From Ginglymostoma cirratum (taxonomy: Eukaryota), in assembly GCA_024137785.1 (NCBI GenBank), contig JAHRHZ010000166.1, forward strand, positions 1,225,872 through 1,289,871: DNA of 64,000 nucleotides, written 5' to 3'. The first letter of the stretch is position 1. Every line of letters begins with the position of its first letter. A model generated the notes under the pieces. The model was given only the letters and a program-made list of their open reading frames with translations. It had not been told where the DNA came from and did not search any database. Shown piece after piece: positions 49,869 through 64,000 of the stretch. A program made the translations under genes and the position numbers.

Positions 49869-51656
49869 AGTTGGAGGCAAAAAAGTTTATTTTGATGACA
49901 GTGGTACAGTAAACAATATAAGCTGCAACAAAAAGGTAGGTCATTCATGTCTTAGATCAAGAAATGAATAAGTTGCTTGACTGTGACAATAGGTTACATG
50001 TGTACAAAAATGATTATATTTGTGACATAGGTAATAAGCTTACTGTTGGCTATTGTTGTCTCACAAAACAAAACGCAGAGGAATAATGCATTTTATACCA
50101 GCTTGGAATGTTATATTTGCTTTATATAATGAATTACGACAACACGGTCTAGAAGAACAAAATAACAGATAATTTATTCAAATACTCAGGTCGTATTTAA
50201 GAAAAGCATTTGATCATTCCATTCACTGTATTCCTGAGCGTGTGCTAGTTAAAAACCAGTGAATCCCTAAATTATACTTGATAATCAATATAATGAATTA
50301 TTTATTTACTGTTACAGTTGGTTTTAGCCTCAATTTCAATAGACTTTTTAAAAAGCCTGCCGTTGGCCATTAAATGACACACCAGTGATTATATTTACAG
50401 TTAGTTGCTATATTCTGTTTGATATCATCATTTGGGGGAATCCAATTTTAAATCAATATGAAAGTCATTTGATCCGTTACAGCTAAGTCTTAAAGTGGAC
50501 TTTATAACTCATAACCAGAATGCCAAATTACAATATTTTTCTATATGAGAACATAACTAATGCACAAAGGAAAAAGTAATTTAAGTCTTACATTGAAAAT
50601 AACAAAACACGTGAATGAATATAATTCAACTGAGCTTGGCAAATAAGACAGTTACGAATAGCATCAGATATATTGTTGAACTGTGCACAATAGTGAATCT
50701 AAGCAGGGATTCAAACACACAAAGATATACTTCATTGGTCAAATCAATATTAACAGTACACTGCTAGCACATATGCTTCTTTTGTCATGAGAATCAGCAC
50801 ATTGGTGTCATGGGTGCATCAATTTTGAAATGAAGCAGATAATTAGGCGCATAGATTCGGAATTTTTCACTTAATTCTCAAATATGTCATTGAAGCAAGA
50901 ACATAATAGGCCAAGAGGGTACGTATAATCCAGAAGAAAATTCATAAACTGTGCGAAAAAATGTTAAGCCAGGTAGTGCTACTGTTAATAGTGCTATTAA
51001 TTGTAGTAATTTTGTTATTTAATACATGCGTGATGATATCATATGTTAGTAGTCCTGCACTCCAAGTTAATGATCTGCAGGCTTGTGTTTCAAGTCTCAT
51101 TGTCAGAAATGTTGGAAATTAAAGAACAATGGACAAGATCATTATCCATAATAAAAGTACAGGCAAAAATGTGTAGGAGGATTAATTGAGAGGTGAAGTT
51201 GAGGAATCTACTAAAAATAACGGAGTGAAATAGATTGTGCAAAAAGAAACAGATATGGCATAATATGGGGAAATATCAACTTGCCCACTTTGGCAAATAT
51301 GAAAAAATAAGCAGACAGAGAGTTTAAAGATTCAGGTGGAACTTAAAAACAAAAGGATCGCAGGCTCTGGAAATCTGAGAAAATGCTGAAGAAACTCAGC
51401 AGGTCTTCCAGCATGTGTAGGCGAAAAAAATGTTGTAGTTTTCTGTTCAAGTCCAGTGATCCTTTGAAGGAAATGAAAGTAGCTGGGGATGGATGGTATT
51501 TATGCTTATGGTGGGGTGATTCGGGGGCCACTGGTAACTGGTAACAACACATGGAGACCTTGCCCAGAAAAAGAGGCAGAACGATAGGCAAACAAAGACA
51601 TTGCTTTTAATTAGACAAGACAGAGATTAATGGTGGATGGGCGATGACAAGAAGTG

Positions 51657-51952
51657 GTGGCATGGTGGCTCAGTGGTTAGTACTGTTGCCTCACAGCACC
51701 TGGGAGCTGGATTTGATTCCAGCCCTCAGTGACTATCTGTGTGGAGTTTGCACATTCTCCCTGTGTCTGCATAGGTTTCCTCCAGGTGCCCCAGTTTCCT
51801 CCCACAGTCCAAAGATATGCAAGTTAGGTGGATTGGCCATGCAAAATTGTCCAAAGTGTTCAGGAATGTCTAGATTAGGGGGATGAGTCTGGGTGAGATA
51901 TTCTGAGGGTCAGGTTGGGCTGAAGGGCCTTCCACACTCTAAGGATTCTATG
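51657..51952 (+). mobile_element. HE1-like V-SINE
   Basis: ggcatggtggctcagtggttagtactg head; ctgtgtggagtttgcacattctcc...cccacagtccaaagat core; attctatga tail. Confidence 0.88.
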
Positions 51953-53787
51953 ACAATTGCAAATGGTTCAAAGTGAGTTGATTGCTGGGAACAACCCATA
52001 CAAAACAGGGCCTAGTGGTATGATGTGCACTTTCTGAAAGTGTGGCGCAGAATTTTGTGTCTTGAAGACTATAAGGTATCTAGGTGCAAAATAATATGTT
52101 GTTTGTTCAATTTGCATTGAGTCTTGCAGAAATACTGCAACAGGCCTGAGGATCAAATCTTGAAGTAGAAACACGGAGGCCTATTGAATTGAGCGGCACC
52201 ACAGGATTCTTTTTTTGGAAAGAGCAAAAGCTTTCGACAAAGTGTTCACCCAGTTGCTGTTTCTTCACTCCAGTGTACAGGACACCGTATTGTGAGCAGC
52301 GAATGAGGTGGAGGTAAATTGTTGCTTCAACTGGAAGATGTGCCTGGGGCCTTGGATGGTGCGGAGGGAGGAGGTAAACTTATATGTTTGCGCCATCTGC
52401 GTGGGAAGTTGCTGTGGAGTTTCACCATCGTTTGGGAGTGGAGATGGTGTCAGGGAGGAGTAGTTCCTACGAATGCTGTCGAGGGATGTAAGGGGAATAT
52501 GGGTCTGACGGCAATATCCTGCTGAAGGTGGTGGAAATGGTAACTTATGATCCTTTGGGTACGGAGGTAGATAGGTAGAAAGAGAGGACTAAATGACCAT
52601 ATCTTTGTCGTGATTGGATTGTATAGGAGTAAGGGCAGATGTGCAGGGAATGGATCAGAGATATCTGAGGGGTGTCTCGACAACTGTGATGAGGAACCCT
52701 CAGTTGAAGAAAATAGTGAACATTTTTGAGGTTCCCCTTTTATAAGATGGTTTCAACAGAACAGATGTGCCAGAGATGGAGATTCTGGGAAAATGGAATG
52801 GTTGTCCTTACAGGAAGCATGGTATGAGTATGTGTACTAAAGTCTGGGATTCAGTGGATTTGTAATGGATGTCAGTGCCATCTTATCAGCAGATATATAA
52901 ATGAAGATGTCGAGAAAGGGAGGAGGCAGAGATGGACCAGTTGAAATTAAGAGAAGGGTAGAAATTGGAATCAATATGTATTTTTTTTTCAATTCTGTAT
53001 GAAGGAGGAAAGCAACACTGATGGTGTCATTGATATACCACAGGAAGAGTTGTTGGAAGTGTCCTGAGTAGGACTGGATTAAAAAGTGTTCCGTGTAACC
53101 CAAAAGGAAACATGCATATCTGGTGCTCATGCACAAAACTTTTACCTGAAGAAATGAGATGAGTTAAAGGAGAAGTTGTCCAAAGTGAGGACAGATGTGC
53201 CTGGTAGAAGGGTATGGTGGTGCAAGGGAGCGTACCACTCAAGGAAGAAGTGGAAACCCATCAATCTTGATGGAAATGTAGGATGAATACAAATCCATGG
53301 TGAAGATGAGGTGCCTGATGGTTGCAAACTGGAAATTTTGAAACTGACGTATTGGCTCAGATGATTTGCAGAAGTAGGTCGGAAGGGACTGGATTTTTAA
53401 AAAATGAGGTAAGGTAGGAAGAAATATGTTCTGTGGGGTAGGAACAGGCTGAAACAATGGGTTTTCAAAGTCAGTCATGTTTGTGAACTTCTGGTAGAAG
53501 GTAGAAGGGACTTGTAGAAGGGTTAGGGGACCATGAGATGGGCAGCTCTGAGGCAGTGATACTCAGATGAGATGTAGTTATTATAGGCTGTCTGAGAGCT
53601 GGTGCTCAGCCTTAGCAAGGTAGTGGTCAGCTTGCCAGAGAACAATACCACTCTTGTCAACAGGCTTGATTACAGTGTCAGAGTTGGATCTAAGAGCACA
53701 AAAAAATGCTGACTATAGAGGAAGATAGGTTAAAATGGATAACAGGAGCCGGGAAATATCACGAGTCAAGTGCAGGTAAGATAAGGA

Positions 53788-54078
53788 TGGCATGGTGGTC
53801 AGCACTGCTTCTGAACAGCACCAGTGACCCGGTTTCAATTCCACCTTCAGGCGACTGACTTTGTGGAGTTTTCATATTCTTCCCATGCCTGCGTGGGTTT
53901 CCTTTGGGTACTCCTGTTTTCCCCCACAGTCCAAAGATTTTTAGTTTATGCAGATTGGCCATCGGAATTGCGGAGTTACAGGGATATGTTCGGGAGTGGT
54001 CTGGGTGGGATGTTATTTGTAAGGTCTGTCTGGATTCAAAGGGCTGAATGGTGAGATTCCACACTGTATGATTCTATG
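53788..54078 (+). mobile_element. HE1-like V-SINE
   Basis: Same core and tail as 51657-51952. Confidence 0.82.
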
Positions 54079-56569
54079 AAGAAATCAGAGATCATAGGAA
54101 GAGGTCCATTTGGAGGGAAAATGTTGGAGGTGGGTGAAGAATTCTGTTGGATGGGCAGAGTAGTAGCCCTATCAGAAGTGTGATGAAGGTGACAAAAGAA
54201 AAGTTTGATTCATGTCAAACCTGACATTCATAGAGTTGGGGGTGTGAAGGGATAAAATTATGTCCTTCACTGATTACTATCATTCATCACCAGAGAACAG
54301 AACATCAGAAGGTATGGTACATACCCAACAACAGGTTGTGTCAAATGAAGTGATGGAGTCAGAGGGAAAGGGAAGGGAGGAAGATTTCAGATGGACATGG
54401 GTGCTAATGGACATCTGAGCTGTTGTAGCTGAGGTACTTTAAGACCTGAAAGAAAGCAAAAGATGTTCTTGTTGAAACGTAAAAAGAGCCAAAGAATAAA
54501 GTGGAACTTGCCCAGCACTACGACCTGTCCCTTCATATGATCACTATCTAACCCAACTACCCTTTCTATTACACCACTTTATTTAGCCATTGGCAATCAT
54601 GTCACAAAACAACCATTCTCCCTTTCTGTTCCTGATGGGAAACTTGGACCTGGGCCCATTTAATATCTTCCAATTTGACAATATGAGGAAATGTGAACCA
54701 CTCACAATGTGATGCTGAAACTCGGACAATGAATTAATGAAAACTTACCAAAATGAGAATTATGTAGTTAGCGAGATGGAGCAGTAATGGGGGGATTTAT
54801 ATGTGATGAAAGGGGATGGAAAATGTTTTGGTGTAATGTTTGACAGAGATGACTACAAATTAGGTAATGTCTTGTGTGACCATGAAGAAACAATGGAAGC
54901 AATAAATGTTTTAAAAGGTGACAAGCATTGTAGTTTGAGATTGGAGGTTGAGAAAAAAAGTAGATAGCAAGAGGTATTTGCTTTGTAGGTTCTATCACAG
55001 AAGTATTGTGGGCATAGTTGATAGGCAATGGTGCCGTAATAGGGAAGGGTAATGAGTTTGAGATAACAGGATGGGTTTGGAGAATGAATGTGTGCAAGAC
55101 ATGCGAATGGGATATCACTCATACTAAACTAGTACAGGCCTGATGTTAATGAGATTTCATCTGATTCACTGTTTGCTTGTCTGGGTCTTTTCATTTGTTT
55201 CAATGTATTTGCACATGGAGGATAATCCTGAATAAGACATGTTGCTAGCATTGAGTAAGTGGGTCAAATGACCAGACAGAACGGTCTGTGCATCCATCTA
55301 GTTAATGGCCCACACACATATTACAAAACAAGAGCAGTAATCACACGTATATTAACTTTTGATGCAGAAGTGGGCATGTAACATAATCACAGGAAATAAA
55401 AATCAGATCATGCTTAACAACTTTGATGATGGAATGAAATGCATAGGCTGGGAAGTATTGAGAAATTGTGAGTTTGTGGATTTTGCCAAAGAAATGCAAA
55501 TATTTTCTTCATTTTTGCTTGTTTGTGTAGATGAATGGAATCACTCTCCCTTCCTCTGTATCATTCAGCTTTGTTTCCAAAAGATCAAATATACAATCAA
55601 AATTAAATATTCTAGCTACACAATTAATCCGACTGTCCTCATTGCCATAACTGTATGAATATTCCCTTGGAAGATTCAGTGATACAGGAGCGTCGCACTG
55701 TCAGATGTTTAATACCTAGTCAATACTATATTCTTAGGTGCAGCACTGAGGTAGAGGTTATGTTTTAGAAGGGATTTGTCGAGAGAGCATTGCATTCTCA
55801 GAGAGAGAAAGAGATTAATCTTAACCAGACATATATAATTAATGCACTGAATGGATCAATTAAATCTGCAGTGATGAGTCGATGATTTGTTATCCTTTTG
55901 GCAATAATAAAGGAGCATTAAGTTTGGAGAGTGACTTTGTTGGTTGGAGTGACACTGTCTATTCGCACAGTGGTTCCTATTGGAGGAACGCTGTTGCTGA
56001 TTATGGATGTTGTAGATATATTGTCTGTATGAATTTGAGTATATTTAATCAGTGAGAAGGTAGAAAATGATTGGAATGCTGTGTCAGTGGAGAAACCACG
56101 TAGACTGCAGGAACTGCATGAGCTGGAATTGAAACATCTGTTGATTAGTTTCTTTGGGGAGAATGTGTGCCCTAAAACTTGAAGAATTGAATATGGTGTT
56201 CATGTTGTTCCATCAGTAATTGTTAATACAAATGATGGTATATTGTGGTTCTGTCAGTGGAAAAGCTGCATCCAGTATAGAAGATGTATGTGTTTCAAAG
56301 CTTTCTTGAGCGTTCCAAAAACAAGCGTGTCCTTGTGAAAGATTCTGTTTTCCACCTCGGATAAGGATAACAAATCATCGACCCACCACTGGAGATTTAA
56401 TTGATCCATTCAGTGCATTAAATATGGACATGAGGATCATGCACTCAGGTTGAGTTGGCGTGTGGATAGTGGTATGGGTCAAGTGCAGAAGCAAGGAACT
56501 GATTGGTGGGATGTGAGGGGTTAAGGCAGGAGATCATTGAGAGGGATGCAGAAATGTTGCCAGCAGGCG

Positions 56570-57600
56570 AAGGAACACAAGAAAATGAGTAGGCGTTCAG
56601 CATGTATAGCTTATTTTGCCATTCATTGAGATCATGGCTGATCTGTGGCCTAACTTCATTTACCTGTCTTTGGCCCATATCTCTTACTACTTTGATGAAC
56701 AAGAAGTTATGTATCTCAGATTTCATATTAACAACTGATGTAACTTTACCAACTGTTTCTGAAAGACAGTTCAAACAGCTGACAAGTTTTGGGTGCAGAA
56801 TCGCTTTCTAACATCTCTCTTAAATGGTGTGTCCCTATTTTGTAGACAGTGCCTCCTAAGCCAATCAGTGGAGAGAAATATATTTTTATTTGCCCAGTCT
56901 TTTCCTGTTCATATCGTGAATACATTGATCAGATCTCCGTTTAATTTTCTGAATTGGTGAGAAAACAGATCTAATTTGTATGATCTCTACGCATATTATC
57001 ACCATTGAATTCAAGATTATAAAATTCTAAACCTACAATATCCACCTCCAAGGCTAACCTACGATACAGTACCCAAATCCATGCACAGTACTCCATGTAG
57101 AGTCAAAGTAGCATTTTATATAATGGCAGCATAACGTCAACTTCCTCATAATCCTTTCTCAAGATATAAAGACAGACTTCCCATTAGTCTTTGTGGTTAT
57201 TTATTGTAACTGTTCATGGTATTATAAAGACCTATGCACCAGAAGCCCCAAATGTCTTTGGGCATCCTTTGTATTTAACTTCATATCATCCACAAAGCAT
57301 CCTGGTAAATCCTTTCTCAGCCCAAAATGGACAACCTCACACTTTCTTACATAGAACACCATCTGCCACAATTTTGCCCAAACTTTTAGTTTATATTCCA
57401 TTATAATTCATTTATCTACTAATTTTGTACCATCAACAAATTTTGATACGTGACTTTTTATGCCATTGTCCAAACTCTTAATAAGTAATGTGAATAATTA
57501 AAGCACTAATGCAGATACGTTTGTGACAGCACAGGTCACATTTCCTTCAATTTGAGTACTTACCCATTATCACTGCTTTTTTTACACCTGCTACTCAATC
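56570..57600 (-). mobile_element. Decayed CR1 LINE 3' portion
   Basis: Colinear with 48662-49700 (ccattcattgagatcatggctgatct etc.). Confidence 0.72.
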
Positions 57601-57613
57601 AGCTGGTGAGCCA

Positions 57614-60600
57614 TGTATGATGACGGTGTGAATTTAAGAAGCTTTTTTTTTCCTCCTTTTTTTTGTTTGGGGAGAAGCTGCAAAGTCGGGGCACAGAGCA
57701 GTCCATCAGAATGATTGGGGTAAACTGCTTGAGAGGCCTTGTTGTTTTTTTAACAGTCTGAGTGGGTGTGGCCATCTCTCACAGAACCAGATTTCTGGGG
57801 TTTTTTTAGTAGCAGAAGAAACCATTGGAGTCTCAACAGAATTGGAAACTTTAGTAAGTGTCTCTTAGCTGCAAGTCTCTCCAAATCTTCTGTTGATTGT
57901 TTTCCCTCCTGGAGTGGAGAACTGCATGTGAGAATCTGTGTCTGAATTTGCCTTTTTGTCAAGGGGTGTGTTTATTTGATGTTGCTGTGTTGGAACAGAT
58001 AATCAGTATTAGGTTCTGTATCTATTATTCGGTTAAGCTTTCCAGTATTTAAGCTATACTAAATTCCTCCTTGCTTTGTATGTATTTAAACTATTGTTAT
58101 TGCTTAAAGTTGAGTGTTTGACCAGTTGCATTTCATCTGAAACATGGCACTTCACATTTACCTTTCAAATTAAAAAAAAAAGTTAAGGTCTACGCTACCA
58201 GCTTAAAATATTTTGAGGGGGTCAGGTCTGGTCCATTACAAATTGGATGCGGTTTTCAAGATTGAAATCTACAATCACAAATTGGGTTTTGGACTTTTGG
58301 AGTCGAAGGTGACGATAGGCAAGTGTTATGGTCTTTTCTCGAATGTGGAATTTGGTTGGGTTAAATAAGGTGTGCCCTATGTAGCAAATGACTCTTTCAG
58401 TCTCTAAGAGTTTTCTGAAGGTGGAAGAAGTGACTTCACGTGTTTTACAAAAAATGAGAAAGACAAATCTTTCGTATTTCAAACAAGCTGGAGTTTGGGT
58501 TGCCTGGATCTGCGAGGTATGAGGAGATATTTGTGACAATTTCACAGTATTTAATGTTACCAGAAATGACATTGTCATCTTTGGAAATCACTAAAAGTCA
58601 ATCGCAGATGAAGCAGTTTGAATTAAAGGCAAAAGAAAAAGAAAGAATGGCTCTGGCAGAACAAAAAGAAAGAGAGAAGGAAATTGAAACAATTTGAATT
58701 ATGATTTAAATACCTCGCATAAGAAAGAAAGATAAACACAGAAGAAAAGCAGAAAGAGAAAGAATTTGAACTTTGGAAATAAGCAATTAGGAAGAAAAGT
58801 CGATTTAAAATGATGGTGATGAAGTTAGAATGTAGGTTAAGTGAGGAGGATAGTGATGATGAGCAAACCCACAGTTGAAAAAATCTGGTGGGGATCTGTT
58901 TAAATATACCCAAGCATTGCCTAAATCCAACGAGTAGGGTGTAGAATCATTTTTCATTACATTTAAGACAGTGGTTACCCAAATGAAATGGCTCGTAACC
59001 ATGTGGGTATTGCTGATCCAAACAGAGCTGTAAGGTAGAGCTGTGAGGTATTTGCATCACTTTCAGAGGAGGTGTATGGAGAGTACAAAGTGGCGAAGAA
59101 TGGATTCTAAAGTGCATCTGAATGAGTGCCAGAAGCCTACAGACAGTACTTCACGAATCGAAGGAGGGACCCTTGTCAGCCATACATTGAGTTTGAAAGG
59201 ATAAAGCAAAGTAATTTTGATGGAGAATAGCACTGAAAATAAACCAGACACACGATGCTCTCAGAGAGATGGTTGTTTAAGAGCAGTTCAAAAATTCACT
59301 GCCGGAAGTAATGAGAACACATGTGGAAGAGCAAAGAGTTAACACTGCAAGATTGGCAGCTGAAATGGCCGATGATTGTGAGCTGGTTCATAAACCAAAG
59401 TTTGGCTCGCCACATCAATTTCAATCCGTGAGGGATAGAGAGTGGGGAAAAGAGAAATTCTCAGGTGGCAAGGGAAAAGGTGATCTCATTGAAGATCATA
59501 AACGTAGCTTGCCACAGGGTATAAAGGAAACCCTTGAGGGGAAAGAGAAGTCAAAAAGTTCAGGCGTTTTCACGGCTATGAAGTCGTCTACATGTAGTCG
59601 TCATGTTGGTAGTTTAGAAAAAAGTACTGGGAAGACGGGTATGAGAAAACAGGATAAGCCAGTGAATTTTGGTGAAGTGGAAAGGAAATCACAGTGGAAG
59701 GAATTTAGCAGCACCAGAATGTACAATCTGGTCAAAGGTTTTTTTGAGAACTAAGTGCTAGATCTTCGTAAACAATTTACTTATGAAGGTAAGGTTTACT
59801 CGCATAAGCCAGCAAGCGCAGGTAAAGAAATTACAATTTTACGAGATAAGAGTATGTCAATCTTTGATGTTCAGAGATCAGGAAATATATAATTCAAAAG
59901 GACTATTGCCAGAAAGAATTGGTAATTCCATGGTGAGGCAACCAGTGAGTCATCACATAAATTGAGGTTGGAGTGTCCAGTTAAAAGTGGAAAAGTAGCA
60001 GCAGAAGTAGCAGTAGGAGTACTAGAGGGGCTGTCAGCTCCAGGAATACAATCTGTCCTTGGTAATGATATAACTGGATCATAGGTGGGGGTGCTGCCTA
60101 CTGTGGTTGAAAACTTAGAGGAAAATCAGGCAGTTGAGGTACTATAGGAATTACATCCTGGGACTTTTCCTGACTGCAAGATAACAAGATCACAAAGCCA
60201 CAGGCTGAAGGAGGAGCAGAAACCAAAGAATAAAGTTAAGGAAGTTAAAGAAGAACCATCCGAGACCATGTTTGATGAAACGGTTGACAAAAAAAAAAAA
60301 CAAAAATAGCTGGAGGACCAAGTCAATATTTTTAGTTCAGAGAATGTAGACGAATTACAACAGAAGGATGAAAAGCTGAAGCAGTTGCGTCAAAAAGCAT
60401 ACACAGAAGAAGAATCTGAGTGTAACCTAAAATGTTACTACCTGAAAAATAATGTTTCAATGAGGAAATGGAGACATATTCAGGTGATGGAGAAATGGGC
60501 AGACATTCATCATGGGGTATTACCGTTTGATTATAGAAAGGGGTGTTATGGGTAGCACATGAATTACCCATATAAAATTATTTGGGAGTGAGCAACCCTT

Positions 60601-63600
60601 ACACCAAAATACAAAGTCATTTTTACTGGCCTGGATACATAAGGATGCACTTGAATTTTGCCGGATGTGTCATACGTTTCAGTCAATTGGAAAACCTCAG
60701 GCAGTGATAAAACCAGCACCTCTAATACCCATTAATGCATCTGAGGAACCTTTCCAAAGGTCTTAATTGATTATGTATGACCCATACCTAAAACATAAAG
60801 TTGGAGTTCGGTATTTCATAATAGATGTGCCCACTGGATTTCCAGATGCCATTCCATTGCACAATATAATGATATATAAGGATTATAGAAGAGTTACTCA
60901 AATTTTCCACCAAATACAGACTACCCACAGAGATACAATTAGATCAAGGGTCAAATTTTATATCAAAATTACTCAAAGAAGTTATAGATAGCCTAAGAAT
61001 AAAACAACTCAAAAACGCTGCTTACCATCTAGAATTGCAGGGAACATCAGAGCAGCAGCATCACGTTGAGGTGTAATAGTTAAGACTTTTCAGAGGATTG
61101 AGGCAAAGGAATTCAATTGTACTTTCTGAAATAAGGGATGTACCAAATGAATCTATCAAATTCAGCCATTTGAATTTTATTTTGGCATGAGGTAAGACGA
61201 ACACAGTAGTTAATTAAGGAGAAGTTAGTGAGTCAGAGCTCATAGACTGCATTTTAGGACGTGTGTCAAATTTTAGGAAAAGATTAAATTGAGCAGGTGA
61301 ATTGATTAGATAGCATTGAAAAGTAGCACAGCATGTGATGAAACAAGAAGCAGGCAAGAAATCAAAAGTTTGCAATTTTGCTAGTGGAGATAATGTGTTG
61401 GACTTACTTCCAGTGAACCTTTAAAAGCAACGTTTAGTGGATCTTATCAAATTGAAAGTGGTGGCATGTTTCATTTGACATGTAAAATAGAACGAAACAT
61501 CAGACTGTGCCATGTAAATATGCTTAAAAGGCATTTTGATAGGGAAGGAACACAAAACACGTGTGTTATTTGTTGCAACAGAGTGACAATGCTGCCACTT
61601 TAAGAAGTTATTTGTCTTTTTTTAAAAGATGTTGTAAGGCAGAGGTGACAAGCTTGTCTAAGAAAGTAAACAATTTGGGAGGCCTTGGGTTCTTTTTTTA
61701 AGTTAGAACGATGGAAGCAACCTGGATATGGCCAGCTCTCACAGAGCTGGTTTTTAGGGTTTTGTTGCTTGGTTTTTAGGTTTAGTTTCAAGAAGAGGCC
61801 TTTGGGGTCTCAAAAGAGTTTGGAGATTCAGTGAATGTCTCCTAGCTGCTATTCTCTCTGAATCTTCTCTTGATTTTTTTTTCTCCTGGATTGGAGAACT
61901 GCATGTGATAATCTGTGTCTGAAGTTGCCTTTTTCCCAAAATGTCTGTTTATTAATTGTTACTATATTGAAAGGCATAATTATCAATAATTACTGTGTCT
62001 ATTATTTGGTTAAGTTTCTCAATGGTTAATACAAATTCTTCTTTATTCTGTATGTATTTTAACTATAGTGTTTAAACAAGTTATATTTTGCTGAACGTCA
62101 GTAGCTTAACCAGTCGCATTGCATCTGGAACACAAAAATTCTCATCTAACTTTTAAATAATAAGAAAAAAAGGCTCTAGGCTCTCTTGTTAAAATATATC
62201 AAGGGGGTCTGGTCTGGTCCATAACACCAAGTTAAGAGCATTCTGAATTGAGCATTCTTCAAATTAAATTGGTCAATGAGGATGTTCTGAGAAATTGGGA
62301 TAAATTTTGAGCTACCTTCCAAAGGAAATTCGAAATGACCTGAAAGAGTTAATACTATTGCATGAGATGTCTGGGAATAAGGTGGGAATTACTAATCTAA
62401 TTATGCATGATGCAGTTTAGGAAATGCTGTTCTAAATAAACAACATCCTTGTAGACCTAACCCTCTGAAGTTGGCACAGGTTCAAAAAGAGGTTGAACGC
62501 CTGCTCAAAGACAAAATAATCAAAGTGAATTAGAGAGACTGGAGCTCACCCACACTAATCGTGCTAAAACCAGATGGTAGCCAATGATTATGTGTGAACA
62601 ATCACAAACTCAATGTAGTTCCAAAGTCTGATTCATATCCTATTCCACATTCAGAAGACTGTATTGAGAAGATAGGACAAGCAGTTATGGTTCTAAGTGG
62701 GCATACCTAGATGATAATGAAATGAACTTTTATCTGAAAGAATGATATTGGCTATGTCAATTTAAAGTCATGCCATTTAGTATGAAAAATGGACTGGCAT
62801 ATTTCAAAGACTAACCAAGAAAGTCATTCTGGATGACCAATTGTGTGACACACATCGCCGACATGGTGACTGCTAAGCATTTGGGTTGTCTATTGGAATT
62901 GTTTGATCAACTATGGAAAGCAGGCCAGGCATGATCAACCTGGCTAAGAGTAATTTTGCAAAAAAACCAAGTCACGTTGCTGGGCCATGTTATTGGACAT
63001 GGACAGATGGCCCCACAGAATGTAGAAACAAAGTTTTCTGGGGAGTTTTCCATACCATCGTCAAAGAGGGAAGCACTAAAATTCCTGAGATTGAGTGGGA
63101 TTTATATGAAGTTCATACGATAATTTAGCAGTGTGGTTAGCCCCTTGACAAATTTACTGAAGAAGTGTGGAAAATTTCAGTGGACAGCGGACTGGCAGAA
63201 GGCATTTGACAGCCTGAAAACTGTGTTAACCAGTGCCCTAGAATTATCCACATCTAATTGTAGAAAACTTTTTGGGGTGGCTATCTATGCGAGCGACGTA
63301 GGTATTGGTGCTGCGCTCTTACTACAAGATGATGAGAAGATAGAAAGACCTATTGGGCATTATTCCAGCAAATTGAATACTCAACAGAAATATTCCATGA
63401 TAGAGAATGAAGCCTTGACTCTGATATTTGTGTTGTAACATTTCAACATTTACATTGCCAGTAATTCGCCTGAGACAATTATATGTACTGACATAATCCA
63501 TTAAAGTTTTAGAGAAAATTAAGAGAAAAAATTCCACACTGTTTAGATGGAGCTTATTATTGCAGCCATTCAATTTGAAAATTATATACACGGCAGTACG

Positions 63601-64000
63601 AGCAAACATAATTGACAATGGATTGTTATGAATTTGATGAAGAAAAATGGAGGCAAGAAAAATGGGAGTAGATGGACTGACATAGACTGTAGTCGTGAAT
63701 ATTTGAATCCTAAGAGTCAATGTAATGTAGGAAGTATTGTAGTGTACTAATAGCGTTAGACCAAGGATTTTAAAAATGAAGCCAAACTTGTATATTGATG
63801 GTTCATTCTTTTTAAGGGGGGACGTGTGGCGATATTGTGACTTTAATAACTTATTTTATCTTTTTTTTAAGAGAGATTGTAAGACAGAGGCGAAGAGAAG
63901 TCTACAAGAACTAAAAGAGTAACCAGTTTAGGAGGCCTTCTTTCTAAAAAGAAAGAAGCCTGAATGCATGTGGTCAGCTATCACAGATCCAGATTTCTGG
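57614..64000 (+). mobile_element. Near-complete, decayed Gmr1-like Ty3/Gypsy element: LTR-gag-PR-INT-[solo LTR]-RT-RH-PPT-LTR
   Basis: 5' LTR ~57614-58240 (ends ccattaca); gag ORF 59311-59754; integrase ~60500-61560 (HFYWPG, IIDVPTGFPDAIPL); RT ~62330-62950 (KQHP, WSSP, KPDG, DSYPIP); RH ORF 63133-63438 (ASDVGIGA, YSSKL); PPT aagggggga then LTR from 63825. Confidence 0.88.
61583..62226 (+). mobile_element. Solo LTR of the same family inserted between the integrase and RT regions
   Basis: Aligns along its length with 57614-58240 (ggagaactgcatgtga.aatctgtgtctgaa; ggtctggtccataaca end). Confidence 0.82.

Larger units (their letters stand above)
51340..54490 (-). mobile_element. Old Penelope-like element interrupted by SINEs
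   Basis: pLTR-like start (gctctggaaatctga...aactcagcaggtc); RT remnants (YACFLLGYTEH, LWYIND, FTMDLYSSYISI) in ORFs 52837-53478. Confidence 0.65.

Noticed and set aside
51657-51730. tRNA-like sequence
   Set aside because: It is the tRNA-derived head of a V-SINE, not a tRNA gene.
1-64000. Prokaryotic systems (CRISPR arrays, operons, defence islands)
   Set aside because: Sequence is intron-containing, retroelement-rich vertebrate DNA; no regularly spaced repeat-spacer array seen.

Overview
Vertebrate genomic DNA, almost certainly from a cartilaginous fish (shark): HE1-type V-SINEs, many CR1 LINEs, Penelope-like elements and Gmr1-like LTR elements make up most of the window, and there is a 400-N assembly gap. 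Nearly all ORF-track entries are retroelement fragments or antisense noise. Within the repeats lie two tandem, minus-strand paralogues of an immunoglobulin-superfamily gene. Each has its V and J-like sequence joined in the germline in one exon, and I saw no RSS. Gene B (47716 to 40810) can be reconstructed from canonical splice sites: leader, VJ, C1-set, Cys-stalk/TM, two short cytoplasmic exons, and a terminal exon with an ITIM/ITSM-like motif (E|TSYAPLKF). It is therefore a non-rearranging, TCR/IgL-like, probably inhibitory receptor. Gene A (5618 to 4784) has the same 43-nt leader and 339-nt VJ exon, but LINE sequence occupies the position of the C1 exon. The paralogues are about 56% identical in V, diverge most in CDR2/CDR3, and share an 18-bp FOX:ETS-type promoter element. 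Penelope pseudo-LTRs carry minimal hammerhead ribozyme motifs. All gene models are read by eye and need transcript confirmation; repeat boundaries are approximate.
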